From Nemertoderma westbladi (taxonomy: Eukaryota > Animalia > Xenacoelomorpha): 64,000 bases of DNA. The position numbers and the translations under genes were made by a program. The stretch is taken from the NCBI GenBank assembly GCA_032718475.1, contig JAUCBJ010000358.1, forward strand, positions 1-64,000, written 5' to 3'. Positions within the stretch are counted from its first letter, which is position 1. The number at the start of each line of letters is the position of its first letter. The notes beneath the pieces are model-generated. The model was not told the origin of the DNA, ran no database searches, and saw only the letters and a program-made list of their open reading frames with translations. Of the stretch, positions 47,885-60,665 are shown piece after piece.

Positions 47885-50800
47885 TTCGAGGACATGGCGT
47901 AAATAAGACAATTTTTCTTTCATTACAAAATATTGATCCGGTCCACCACCACCGGTGTGTAGACCAGTTCTGGACATGCTCGGGGAGTCGGAATTTGGAG
48001 GAGAGAAACCGGAATCGATTCAATCTACCATCACACACTCTAACTCCTAATGGTACAAGCACCTAGAAAGCACAACATAGAAAGTATTATGAGCACAAAG
48101 ACTCCATACCTGAGAGAGCAGATCAGTGATCCAGCATCGACTTGGATACAGAGCCTGGAGGGGTAACTGCATGTCCATTAGAGCACAGCAGCTACCAAGG
48201 TACCTAAAACAAGAAATAAATAACCGCAAAATGCGGTTAGCGTTCTACACAAGATGTCCAGAAAACTAAAAAAAATCGATGAAGTTATACAAATATAAAA
48301 CACCCACTATCAAATGAAATTTCTAAATTGCTTTCTAATGGCAAAATTTTGAAGCAATCAAATCACATCTTTGTCTAATTCATAAAACTTATCTTAATTA
48401 TTCTAGGGAGTTTCAATAACGCCTTATTAGGCCAACTACGCAATGAATTATCTACTAAAGAATCTAAACATATAATGGGCGTATATGAATACTCATCATA
48501 ACGTAACTAATCGAGCTCACGAGCTCAATACAAAATTATATCACTCTTGGAAACAAGACCCTGTTAGTGTTGTTAGACTTTAGTTCGCCTTGCCCCTCAA
48601 TCATTAAAAAGTAATAAGATTGCCTCAAGATTAGATTATATTAAAGTTATACTATGAGACTGGCTGGCGACCTTGATAAGGCTCATCGCTTCGGTGGTGA
48701 CCGTACCCCGGGAATTTCAACAATTGTTTCTGCAGAGTGATACTCGGTGTTATAATCAGGGCAGATAAATAATATGATGTTAATAGAGACAAAATAGTTA
48801 AATGTAACAGTAACCAAGATATCTTCAAAGTCGAGATCCAGACAGAATCTCAGCTCAATTTCTTCCTGACCTTGTACCGGAACCAATGACTGGGACAATT
48901 TCAAACCTTCTTCAGCCTAACGACCTACACAGTGAAAATGCGTAATGTGCTCCAATGATGACCCCCCCCCCCCCCCCCCCCCCCCCCAGAGTTCATCTAA
49001 CGTGCTTACCATCAAGGAAAATCTTTAACCCAACAGTCAGTTTATTTTTAAGAAAAAAAAAACAATTTTCCATTGTAATAGCGCGATTCTTGCGTCGAAT
49101 TTCCCCTGGGGAGGGATCCATTATGATTTCGTGGAAAGTAAAGTCCCCCCCACCCCCCCCATATCTAAACGGTTTATCTATTCTGAGAGTAAACTGCATT
49201 CGCAATGACAGATTATGTTAGTTAAGCTAAAAAATTTGTGGAAAATACACGCAGAACGTGGCCAAGGAATACATTGTAATGCTGACTGTTTATAAATAGT
49301 AGGCAAGCAGCAAGGAATACATAGAAATATCACAAGCAGAAGCAGTGCAAGGTATCCTCCATCCAATATATGGGAATGGGATGAGGTTAGATAGGTAGAT
49401 ACAATATAAATCGAGGATATTCTGATATTCATTAACATAACTTAGCAGCACGTAATATATATTTCTACGAATTGTTATGCGTTATATAATAAATATATTC
49501 TGCGAAGGATATCTATAAATGCTGTGTCTTGGACAATAGGAGTAATGATAACACGCATATAGATTGCTATATAGTATTTATTGTCTTATATATTTTTCAT
49601 GACAGGCGTGTCCCCAATAAAGTGTCGCATGAAAAATTTAATAAGAATTTCAAAAACTAGATATTATTATTCACATGTATTGTAGAGAATGTGAGGTCGC
49701 ACAAACAGAAACTATATATGATTGAACAAATTGTAAGTCTCGTTAGCATCAAGAAAAACTAAAGACAGCTTAAGCACTAGCTAAGGTATAATATGATGCA
49801 CTGGGTGTTAAAACCAATTAACAAAGACACACACTAGGTATACTCCTTACTATGCTATTTAGCAACCAGGTCTTTAAATTTCTAAGGATAAAAACTTAAC
49901 TTTGTGCAACTAAAGAGAATTTATAATAAGTTAACACGATAAAATAACTTTAAAAACTTCAAAATACTACTATATATTAATTGATGGCTGTATCGGATAG
50001 ACGAGCGTCTACTATTCTAAAACATACACGCCGTAATTGTATGATTGTCTGCATTTTAGAATAAACAGCGATTCCGTTATTATCCAGTAGTCCCGTCCCT
50101 TTAATAAGGATGGGAATACCATTTAAAAAAAGTGTAAAATAAATATTGTATTTCTGTTAATAGGTTTTTATAACAACTGGCGCATCTACGAGCTAGGTTC
50201 CCAGCATTTAGCTAAATTGAACAACTTATACAAAGCACAGAAAAACCTAAAAAAGCTTAAGCTAATGGTCGCAAAGTACAAGCCCCAAAAACTACATACA
50301 TTAAAATTATCGACAATGTATTTTTGATTGAGTTTTGTTAATTTGTTAAGTTACATTATAATATAATATTAAATCTATGAAAATAAAATCCTGTTAACTT
50401 AAAGAAACACAACAAAAAAGTTCATCACTCATATTGTGAAGCTGCCAAACCAAAACATACTAAAATACAATCAATTTTTTAGTACTAATAACAACTTTAT
50501 TATATCGTATTTTAGTAGGCCTTACGCCAAATTGAATTAGAAAGTTACAGTTTACTTTTTCACGCATTTACACGTTCTAGAATTCCACAAAGAATAAATT
50601 AAACTTACTGTATAAGTTAGTTACGGAACAAGTTACATTATGATGACAAAATGTGATATATCGTTAAATTAGTGGTACCCAAATAATAAAACAAAAAGTT
50701 AAAACTTAAATAACGTTTCAAGTTCAAAAGTATAATTATAGCTAAGTATGAAATGTAAGTATAAGTGAGTATGAAACACAGACGTGCAAAAACAGGTATT

Positions 50801-52210
50801 TATATATATTTTATATCAGTTATTAGATGCCAAAGGAGAAAACCACAAAAATGGATCTAAGTTAAGTACAAGCGTTGGGACCGCACTTACCAATAAAATA
50901 AAAGTAAAGGAAATACAGAAAATGTTAATAAACTAAATATTACTACTACGCTGGTTATTTAATATATATATATTTATATATTTATTATATTAATGCCACA
51001 TCTGAATATTTCAATCTCTCCCAATTTACTAAAGAACTTCACCACTAAAATAGTAGTTTAATGATTAAATTTCACGAATATTCGAAGTCAATATGTATAA
51101 GGACACATTTTCTCTGCAAATACAACATAGGGAATTTATAATTCACGAGAATGGGGGAACTCTATATGCGGTAAAATAAATATATATTTGATTGTGAAGT
51201 GAGAATTTAGGCAATAACAGTTCAAAATTAAATAAAATACGTCATTTCAACATAATAATACATCAAAACAGAAATTATATTTTCATACTCAAAATATTAT
51301 GCATAACGTTTTCTAAAACTAAAAGGTATTTAAGCACAAACAATTATTAGCGCTTTTACGAAAGGGGGGAGGGGGGGGGGGGGGGATAACATTACAATGG
51401 CCCACCACTTAAATGAAGCTGATAGATTATATTTTCTAATTTTCTAATTCGTTTAAAACAAATTTGACTTTTTTAATCTCAATACCGAAAATAATTAGCG
51501 GCAGGTCCTGATACATTATAATTGCTTTGTATAATGTTTTATAATTAATAACAAATAATCACGTTTAAATTCAGTATTTAATAAGCTCAAATCCATTGCG
51601 GCATGCAATTATTCAAACTCTATCAGAAAAGAGGGGATCTTTCATATGGGGAATACTAAATGTACAAAGCGGAATTCAAGTCCCGGGAATGTATTAAATA
51701 CAATTTCTTAATTTGCTGCAACCCCTGGCAAAGCGATAGCAATTACAAAAACAATGAAAGTTTACGCGATAATGTTTCAGTCAAACAGCTTATATACCAA
51801 TGAATACGGTTAATTAGTTTAAAAAAATCTTGGTGCGAAGCTAGTTTAGTTTCCAATGGGCAGAGAATGACTGATGCAGCAAATATAATTCAAACTCAAA
51901 TAAACAGAACACACATACACAAAACTTATACTACTTCCCACAGAAGCTACACATCTCAGTATTGTACTAATAAAACACGACATTGAATCACTTCTAATAA
52001 ATTAAAACGCAATATATAATAAAACAATTAATATAAAGACGAACAACTAGGATTTATTCGCTTTGTATTTATTGAGAACAAATTATCGCCTAAAGGTGCA
52101 AAAAACACTAAAACTGTATTTGGCGAGACGCGCCACGCGTTGTAACTGCCACCCCATTACGCTTGTCTCGCCTCCTATATGTTCGATCTATCACCAATGC
52201 AATTACGGAT

Positions 52211-55200
52211 CTAGTAATAAGTTTCTTCTTCTACGAAACCACCGGGGTACTTCCTTAGCAGATAACGCCTCCCCTCGTCGTAGATCCAAATAACTATCAT
52301 GAATGGCATCGCCGGCAGCCACCACTCCGCGTTCAGGGGGTACATACGCAAACCTTTATCGAGCCCGGGGGTGTAACTCATGATCGCCGCGAGCGAGGTC
52401 TCAAAGAGGATACCCAGAAGGAGGATCTTGTTGGAGAAGAGGCCTTGCGTGTAGAGGGAGTTGCGTCGCGTCTTGCAGATGATAACGTCGGCCCATTGCA
52501 CGATCACGATGGATACAAAGAACGCCGTGTGACAGGTGTACTCGAGGATCTTACGCTGGCTGTAGGCCCACTCCTGCCCGAAGGAATCTACCACGGAATC
52601 GTTGTAAGTGTCGTCCCACTCCTTCCGGAGGCCCACGATTCTCCCTGGAAAGAACCCGTTCGACGATAAGATGACGATGTAGGTAAAGAATCCAGCGCTC
52701 GCTTGCATCATCCCGATCTGGCCGTAGGAGACGGAGATGAGGCGTTGGTTGACGAGCTTGTCGTACAGGGGGTCGCGCGGCATTCGCTTCATGATGTCGC
52801 TCTCGGCGGGTTCGTATGCGAGAGAGATGGCGGGGAAGAGATCGGTACCGAGATCGATACACAGGATGGTGACGGTGCCCAACGGTAACGGAATGTCGAT
52901 CAGCATGAACATGAGGAAGGGAGCGATCTCGGGGATGTTGGAGGTGAGCGTGTACGCGATGGATTTCTTTAAGTTGTCGAATATTAAACGACCTTCTTCC
53001 ACACCGGTGACGATAGAAGCGAAATTGTCGTCAAGAAGGATCATGTCGGCTGCTTGTTTGGAAACATCGCTCCCCGCGATCCCCATAGCAACCCCGATAT
53101 CGGCTTTCTTCAGCGCCGGGGAGTCGTTCACTCCATCCCCGGTGACGGCTACGATCATCCCCTGGCGTTGGCAACCTTCCACGATGATGAGCTTCTGTTG
53201 GGGCGAGGTCCGAGCGAACACGATCTCCCGATGGTAGTGGATGATCTCGTCCATCCCCTCGTCCGTCACGGAGAGCAGCTCGGAGCCGTGGATAACGATC
53301 GCTTGCGCGTCACGCGGGTTCACCTCGTCGATACGACAACCCAAACGGATCGCGATGTCCTCGACGGTCTCCATTCCGTCGGAAATAATTCCGACGCTCT
53401 TGGCGATGGCCTTCGCCGTGATGGGGTGATCGCCGGTGACCATAATGACCTTAATGCCGGCGCTGCGGCACTTGTTTACAGCATCAGGGACAGCAGCTCG
53501 CGGCGGGTCAATCATCGACATCAACCCGGTGAAGCAGAGGTTGTCCAGCGGGAAGTTAGGATCGTCCGAGTTGAAATCGAACCCCCTGGGGAACTCATCG
53601 GCCGGGAGGAACATCTGACAGAAGCCGAGAACCCGTTCCCCCATCCCGCCCAACTCCATATAAGCGGCGTTGAATTGTTCCTTGTAGGAATCATCTAGCG
53701 GGAGAATCTTGCCGTCTATCAGTATTGTGCTGCACCGATCGAGGATTCTCTCTGGGGCTCCCTAGAGTACAAGAGATACGTGTGGCTGCGGTCTGGATGC
53801 GGCCATTAATTATACCGGTACAATCTACCAACAAACAATAGAACACAAACGACATTGAGTGAGGCGGTATATTATTGTTCAACATTAAATATAAAATATC
53901 CTCAATAAAAAGTCGGTATTTTGACTACAAAAACATAATTAAATTAAATCTATTCAATAGGCCTACAATATTCCGAATTACATCGATGTACCGTAATTAC
54001 CTTCATTAGAATAACGCAAAAACAAAAAATCTACTGTTTAGTAGAAACTGACAAAAATATAACGCGTATAAACACAACATTCAAATAAACAACCGAATCT
54101 AACAAACAAACATTAGGATAAACAATAAACGGTAGGCATATACCCGGATATCTACAGCACATGTTATAATAATAATAGTATAACTTACCTTCATCACAAG
54201 TAAATGCCTGTTCTCATTAGGGTCGTCGATCTCGTGAATAGAAACCTGATACTTATTGGAGGAATTAAAGGGAATCTCGGCGACCTTTACGTTGGCCTGT
54301 CTCATCGCCATTACCGAACCCATCGACAACTCGACGCACTTGAGCAAGGCGGACTCGGAAGCGTCGCCGGTGGTCTCGCGTTTCAGAACCGGGAGGTTGT
54401 CCTGCCCGGGACGGAACTCGGCGCGGTTGCACAACGCCGCGATCCGGGACAGGGCCACCCATCCGGACGCCGTCTTGTCGTAGCCGGCCCCGCTCTGGTC
54501 CTCGGTGGTGTCCGCCTCGATGACCCGCAGGTCGTACCACATGTGGGCCACCGTCATCCGATTCTGCGTCAAGGTCCCCGTCTTATCGGAGCAGATCGTA
54601 GAGGTGCTGCCCAACGTCTCAACGGCTTCCAGATTCTTCACCAAACAATTCTTGGAGGCCATCCGCTTAGCGGTGAGTGTCAGACAGACGGTAACGGTGG
54701 CTAGGAGACCTTCAGGTACGTTGGCCACGATGATACCGATGAGAAAGACAACGGCCTCGATTAGCGTGTACTGCCGTACGAGGGCGAGAATGAAGAAGGT
54801 GACCCCGAGGAACACTGCGACGCCGGTGATGATGTGAATGAAGTGAGCGATCTCGCGGGCGATGGGAGTGGTGCCGACGCTGAGCCCGGAAGCGAGGTTG
54901 GCGATACGGCCCATCACGGTGCGATCCCCGATGTTGATTACGATGCCGCGACCGGTGCCCTCCACGCAGTTGGTCGAGAAGAACGCGAGGTTCTTGGTCT
55001 CCAAGGGGTTCTGGTTGGTCAACTCGGGGCCTCGGGACTGCGCCTCCGACTCGCCGGTGAGCGACGAGTTGTCCACTTTCATCTGACGCGCCTCGACTAT
55101 CCGCACGTCCGCGGGGATCCGGTCGCCGAACTTGAACTCGACGAGGTCGCCCACGCAGAGATTCCGCGCGAGCATACTCAACTTCTGACCCTCCCGGATG

Positions 55201-55724
55201 CACAAGGCCTCCTGCGGGACCATGGACTTGAAGGAATCCATGATCCGCGCCGATTTGGCCTCCTGGAAATACGCGAAACATCCGGTGATGATGACGACAA
55301 CAGCGAGAACGATCCCGAGGTAGAGATTGTCCTCGTTGGGGTCGTCGCTTTTATTGATGATCTCGATGCTGTAGGCGAGGAAGCAGAGGATGGAACCGAT
55401 CCACAGTAAGGTAGAGAACCCACCGAACAACTGCTTGCAGAACTTAACCCACTCTGGTGTGGTTTTGGGGGGAGTTAATTCGTTAGGACCGTCTCGTTCG
55501 AAGTTTTCTTGCGCTTTTGCGACGGATAAACCTGTGGTTGCATTCGTTTCGAACTTGGCGCAAACCTCCTCGATGCTCATCTTGTGTTCCTCCACAACCA
55601 TCTCTTTCTTCAACTCCGCCAAATCCATCTTTTTTTGCTTCTTCTTGCTGATCTTCCCCTTCGATGGGGAGACATTGTCAGCATTCGCGGCATCTTCCAC
55701 ACTATAAGCGTTTGTCTTACTCAT
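52211..55724 (-). CDS. ATP1A: Na+/K+-transporting ATPase alpha subunit, 1028 aa; coding exons 54189-55724 and 52211-53761
   Basis: [23 protein letters not shown]|GAPERIL across a phase-0 GT-AG intron (53762-54188), [12 protein letters not shown]-terminal ETYY*. ATG lies 1 nt after the acceptor TTTTCCTAG. Confidence 0.96.
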
Positions 55725-56376
55725 CCTAGGAAAAGATATTATAAATACAATAAATACCGGAATATAATTACCATACCAGCATACCATCAAGTATGGCAAG
55801 AGTATTAATTGTTGTTGCCAAATTGATTCATCATTTGTTTAGGCCTAAAAAATGTTAAAAAATATATAATAATTAAAATGTGATATATGATGTCCATGTC
55901 CATGAAAAATAAGGAATTGATATAAACAAAACAAATTATATATATACCGTAACGCAATACCGCGGTATATAAACGCTGTCCGCCCAGGCGGTTCAACAAC
56001 AATAACTATTTATTTTACAAAAAGAAGGTAAAATTTTTTTGTCCGACTTAATAATTCGCATTTTCGAGGAATAATTAAAGCAAATGCTTTTAATGCTTTC
56101 AATGCCTTTACTATTTCGAGGACATGCGGATAATAAAGAAGATAAAAAATACTTTCATTTTGTAAAAGATGTAGTTTTCTTAAAAATATTCCCTTTTCAA
56201 TTAGAAGTTTAACGTAGACCTAACAAAGTTATCGCAAATTTGATGACTATTCACCATTGGTAATTTAATAATACTAGCTATACGGTATTTCATTCCGCAC
56301 TTTACATTGATAGGAATAGGTCTGGCAGCGTTATAGTGAACTGTAGGTTATCATACTGATGTGACATATTGCCCGC

Positions 56377-56538
56377 GTGTCGTACTGTATGTACAAGGGC
56401 AATATACCATACGTGTCGTACTGTACAAGGGCAATATACCATACGTGTCGTACTGATGTACAAGGGCAATATACCATACGTGTCGTACTGATGTACAAGG
56501 GCAATATACCATACGTGTCGTACTGTACAAGGGCAATA
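56377..56538. repeat. Tandem repeat, 32-35-bp unit GTACAAGGGCAATATACCATACGTGTCGTACT(GAT)
   Basis: About 4.5 copies visible. Confidence 0.9.
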
Positions 56539-57030
56539 ATTCGTGAATGGTATAAGATATTGTAATAAATGTACTGCCATTGGCCCGGAATTAGGTATTG
56601 AAACCTATTATGTATTGAAACCTAATAACTGTCTAAAGATTTATTCATTTTCATTTATCACTAGGGATGTCCCGGAATTCCGTTCCGGCCGGAATTCCGG
56701 CGGTTTTTGCCCGATTCCGGTTCCGGCCGGAATTGCCGGAATGGGGTCAATTCCGGCCGGAATTTTACCGGAATTACCAGTTTCCTAAGTAGTTTGATAG
56801 TTGCCAATTAGTTTGTTAAATTATTATCAAAATTTATATATTTTTTTAACATATACTTCCAACTAGTGTTTAAGATGCTGTACTTGTCAACACTTGTAAA
56901 AAAAAAGTAAAGAAGTAAAGTTTCTTCGGCCGTTAGCTTAGAGCTACCATTTAAGGATGCAAGGCGGAGGGAGATAGAGATACCCCATTCTAGCCACTTC
57001 AAATCATTCGTACCGAAAAAAAAAACTGCC

Positions 57031-57103
57031 GTAGCCCATGCGAGGTTCGAACCCACAACCTCCAGAGAGACGGGAATTCAATGCAACCACTACACCAAGG
57101 TGG
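57031..57103 (-). pseudogene. tRNA-like Pol III unit (pseudo-tRNA or SINE head) inside the hAT element
   Basis: A-box TGGTGTAGTGG, B-box GGTTCGAACC and a T10 run downstream, but no proper anticodon arm. Confidence 0.55.
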
Positions 57104-57239
57104 AACCTAATGAACCTGTAACGAGGGACAATTTACTGCCACCCCCTTTTTTTTAAGTCAATTTAGTCTTGATGGGTATGCACCACATTTCCAAAAAATT
57201 GTCACCTGACAACTGTTTTTAGAACGTCAAAATTACACC

Positions 57240-57537
57240 TCCCTTGCTCCACTGGTAACACATAAGTCAAAAGCCATTTGTTAAAAAATATAAGATGAGT
57301 CACACATTTACAAAATATTTCTATACCCAAAGGTATCAATCCAGGCTTTCAGCATGCCATTAAGTTATGAGTCGTTTGTCAAAAAAAGATGTAACATGGG
57401 ACATAATCACTTTCGCTCATAAGTCGTTACTTACGATTTACCAGTAGAGTGGAGACGAACCCATTGAAACGAACGTGTTGGTGTTCCATAATATATTTCG
57501 ACTTACGACATATGACTTACCAGTGAAGCATGGGCCT
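57240..57537. mobile_element. Small TIR element (PIF/Harbinger-like MITE) nested in the hAT element
   Basis: CCCTTGCTCCACTGGTAA / TTACCAGTGAAGCATGGGCC followed by TTA. Confidence 0.5.
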
Positions 57538-59355
57538 TAAAGAGTGGTTTAACAATTTGCTTATAATATAATGTATTTTAGATTGATTTACATTATTTTA
57601 CTTTGCTATAATTATTAAATAATATGATAATATTAATATTGGTATTGTCCAACTCCAACACAACATAGGATTACCCCTAAAGCTTTGCAGCTTATTTCCA
57701 AGGGGGTCCTTCATGTAACTTGGTTACAAATACAATATTACACTTACACAAATACACTAGGCTATCCTAAATCTAATATAAAATGTTATTACACTAGGTA
57801 CAGGTCCTGCGTCTTTAGTTCCTGCAAGTGTGGTCGTTGGCGACGTTGAGTCATGCGTCAATATTCCCTGCGTCGTAGGTGCTGCATATAATAGAGTATG
57901 TTTATTTATATTTACAGCAAAGCTATTTCTTACCAGAAATCTATTTATTCCCAGCAAAATTAAACTGTAAGATGTACTATTAACTCTCGTTTATTATTCT
58001 GATTCGAATAACTTGGCTCCTTTCCATAAACGACACCAGGATATTGCACTAAACAAACGACCCAAAGTCGCGAAACCAGGAAACCCAAAACCTCTGGTCA
58101 ACGTAGGTTTTTAGGTATGAGCCTAAAAACCTAACTTTTGGCCAACGATATAGGTTTTTAAAAAAACAATGATATTGAATTCCCTGTCGTATAAGGCCGA
58201 AGTACCCCCCCTCCCGTCCTCATAATGGGCCGTAATGTGCCAAAATTCATTTATTTCACAAAAAAAATATAAGGTTTCATGGGTCATTTAGTGTATTTCA
58301 CTAATTTATACAAAATTCCGGTTCCGGCCGGAATATTCCGGCATGTTGAATTCCGGTTCCGGTTCCGGCCGGAATCCAAATATCGATTCCGGGACATCCC
58401 TATTTATCACCATTCACAAGCATATCAAAATCCCCCCTTTTGGTGATAACTAACAACTTGTAATTCTAGTAGAACGCATATTGAATTGATATATTAGGTA
58501 AAATCGATCCGCAATACATCCTCCAAAATAAGTGTGGCGTGATTAGCGTGTCTACATATTGCACAAAATATATGCTTTATGTGAACTGAACATGTATTTT
58601 ATATCAAGGTAGTAGGTTTTTTAAGCTGAGCTGACTGATCTGATATATCCTTTTTGTTTAGTAAGTAACTGATAAAAAATATATAACCACACCACTCCTG
58701 CTTTGAAGGTGTTTGTGTCTTTGTTTACCAGACCAGTACCACCACTAACTAAATGATTGTGATTCGAATTAACCTAATATGAATGCAAGACACTAAGATA
58801 AGATAGTATTAGTAAAAGTTTGTTTTGTGCTCTAAGTGCAAGTTAAGTGCTTTGTGAGTCGAAGTGCATTATGTAGATTGTCGACTAGCAGACTAGTACC
58901 GGTACTTAACAATTATGGTGTAGTATCGTAGTATTTATTCATCGCTTTATAACATGGGTCAAAATCCTTACTTAATCATTATCAATAATATAATATGTGT
59001 GTGTAGTTTTAATTCATTACTTGATAGCATGTCGAACTACTTGCTTAATGATTATCAATAATATACAGATATTTATTTACACATATATATTACTGTTTCG
59101 ATTTGAAAATATGAATTTTTAGATAAATTTTCAACTTTTTCATCACAAGTCAAAATAATAATCGCTTAGAGTCGGGTTAAACTTCAAATGAGAATGATAT
59201 TAATATATTCTTGTAATATGAATATGCATATATATATATATATAATGCAACTGCAATGCAGCATGCCGAAAAAGATATGAAACACATCTCCTTATTCTCT
59301 GCATCACTGTATTATTACATTACACGATTTCGTATTTTCAATAAAACTATTACTA

Positions 59356-59509
59356 ACTTGAATAATGAAAGAATCGACACTTAGGAAACTTTGCCAAGAA
59401 GTATTATTGGAATTGCACAAAGGAGAATCACCAGACAGCCAGATGCCACAATCCAGTGGAATTGGTGTCCTGCGTGGACCGACCCAATGAATAAGGAAAT
59501 AAATATCAA
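59356..59509 (-). other. Candidate non-coding 5'UTR exon of the Na+/K+-ATPase gene
   Basis: Acceptor TTATTTTTCAG and donor CAA|GTTAGT on the minus strand; no ATG seen inside. Confidence 0.4.
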
Positions 59510-60665
59510 CTGAAAAATAAAATGTATGTGAGTGTAGCGGGTGGCACTCGAGAAGGAGTAGCGGTACAGTAATTAGGATCGAGTGTAGGTAGGTATAGGT
59601 AGGATGGCAGATAGGTAAGGTAAGGTATCGTACTGTAGTAGGAGTGGAGTAGGCTATAAACTAATATTTAATGAATTTATAGCTATATAGGTACCGTAAG
59701 CGGTAGCCCTAATATAAACATGACTTTGGTTAATTTAACGATATTTTTGATTATATTAGAATGTAGCAGCTGAATAAATGATAAATTCGCCAATGACGAC
59801 GGACACACGGACAGGAATACAGTCGGTGCATTTTTTATTCGACCAAGTGGCTTGGAAATATCTGGGAAGAAGCCTTAATTTAGTGTACCGGTAGGTATTG
59901 TTATTGGAAACTGCAGTACATGTACTGTCAAAATTTGTTGATTCAATTAGTCAATCCCATAGCATTCTTGTTTATCCAAATTCCTGTCTTTTCTTTCAAA
60001 CTATATTACATTATTGACTTGCATGGCATACTTTTTCAAGTAAATTTAACATATAGGAATACTAGGCCTATACAATCTCACTATTTACAGATTTGGCAGG
60101 ATTTAGAGAATCACTGTAAATTCTTTGTGGATCCTTTATATATACGCTACTGATACTGGTACCGGTACTTGACATGTTTTTGATACGCTTATTCCTATAA
60201 AAAAGTTTAAAACGTAAAATAAAATTATGAATACCGGTAACTTAGTCTTGGTTATTCACACAATAGTAGAGAAGGAAAAATGATGTAAGCTACCGGCAGA
60301 TCGGTACCGGTATTTCAGTACCAGTATTTACAATTTACTGATTGATTATATATGTAGGCGATATACTTGCTATAGAGGTAGACTGAAAATAACTTACCTA
60401 ATTGTCATTTAGGAGGAATCAGGCACCCAGGAGACTATGTCTGTATGTAAACTGTTAATTAATCATAAGATCGAATATATAATTCTATAATTCCATTTAT
60501 CAGTTTATTGCTCTACCAGTTGCTACGAGTTTTTGTACCGTTTCTTCACAGTTTTGGTAGTTAAAGTAGGCAGCAAGGTCTAATAATTATCAGATCATAG
60601 GCTATCAAATCAGTTAATGACAAATATATGTATAAGACAGTAGAAGGGGCGTATATATACACATA

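Larger units (their letters stand above)
56662..58402. mobile_element. Non-autonomous hAT element with nested insertions
   Basis: TIRs TAGGGATGTCCCGGAAT / ATTCCGGGACATCCCTA; perfect 8-bp TSD TTTATCAC (56654-56661 / 58403-58410); subterminal CCGGAAT/ATTCCGG repeats. Confidence 0.88.

Noticed and set aside
47796-48930. Exon-like minus-strand segments (acceptor TTGTTTTAG at ~48203; ORF 48683-48904)
   Set aside because: No consistent spliced frame or recognisable protein; FRYLGS may be a decayed LINE remnant.
52445-55707. Many antisense and alternate-frame ORFs over ATP1A (likewise over CDK5, MRPS14, TIM29 and the nested gene)
   Set aside because: Shadow ORFs caused by the higher GC of real coding sequence.
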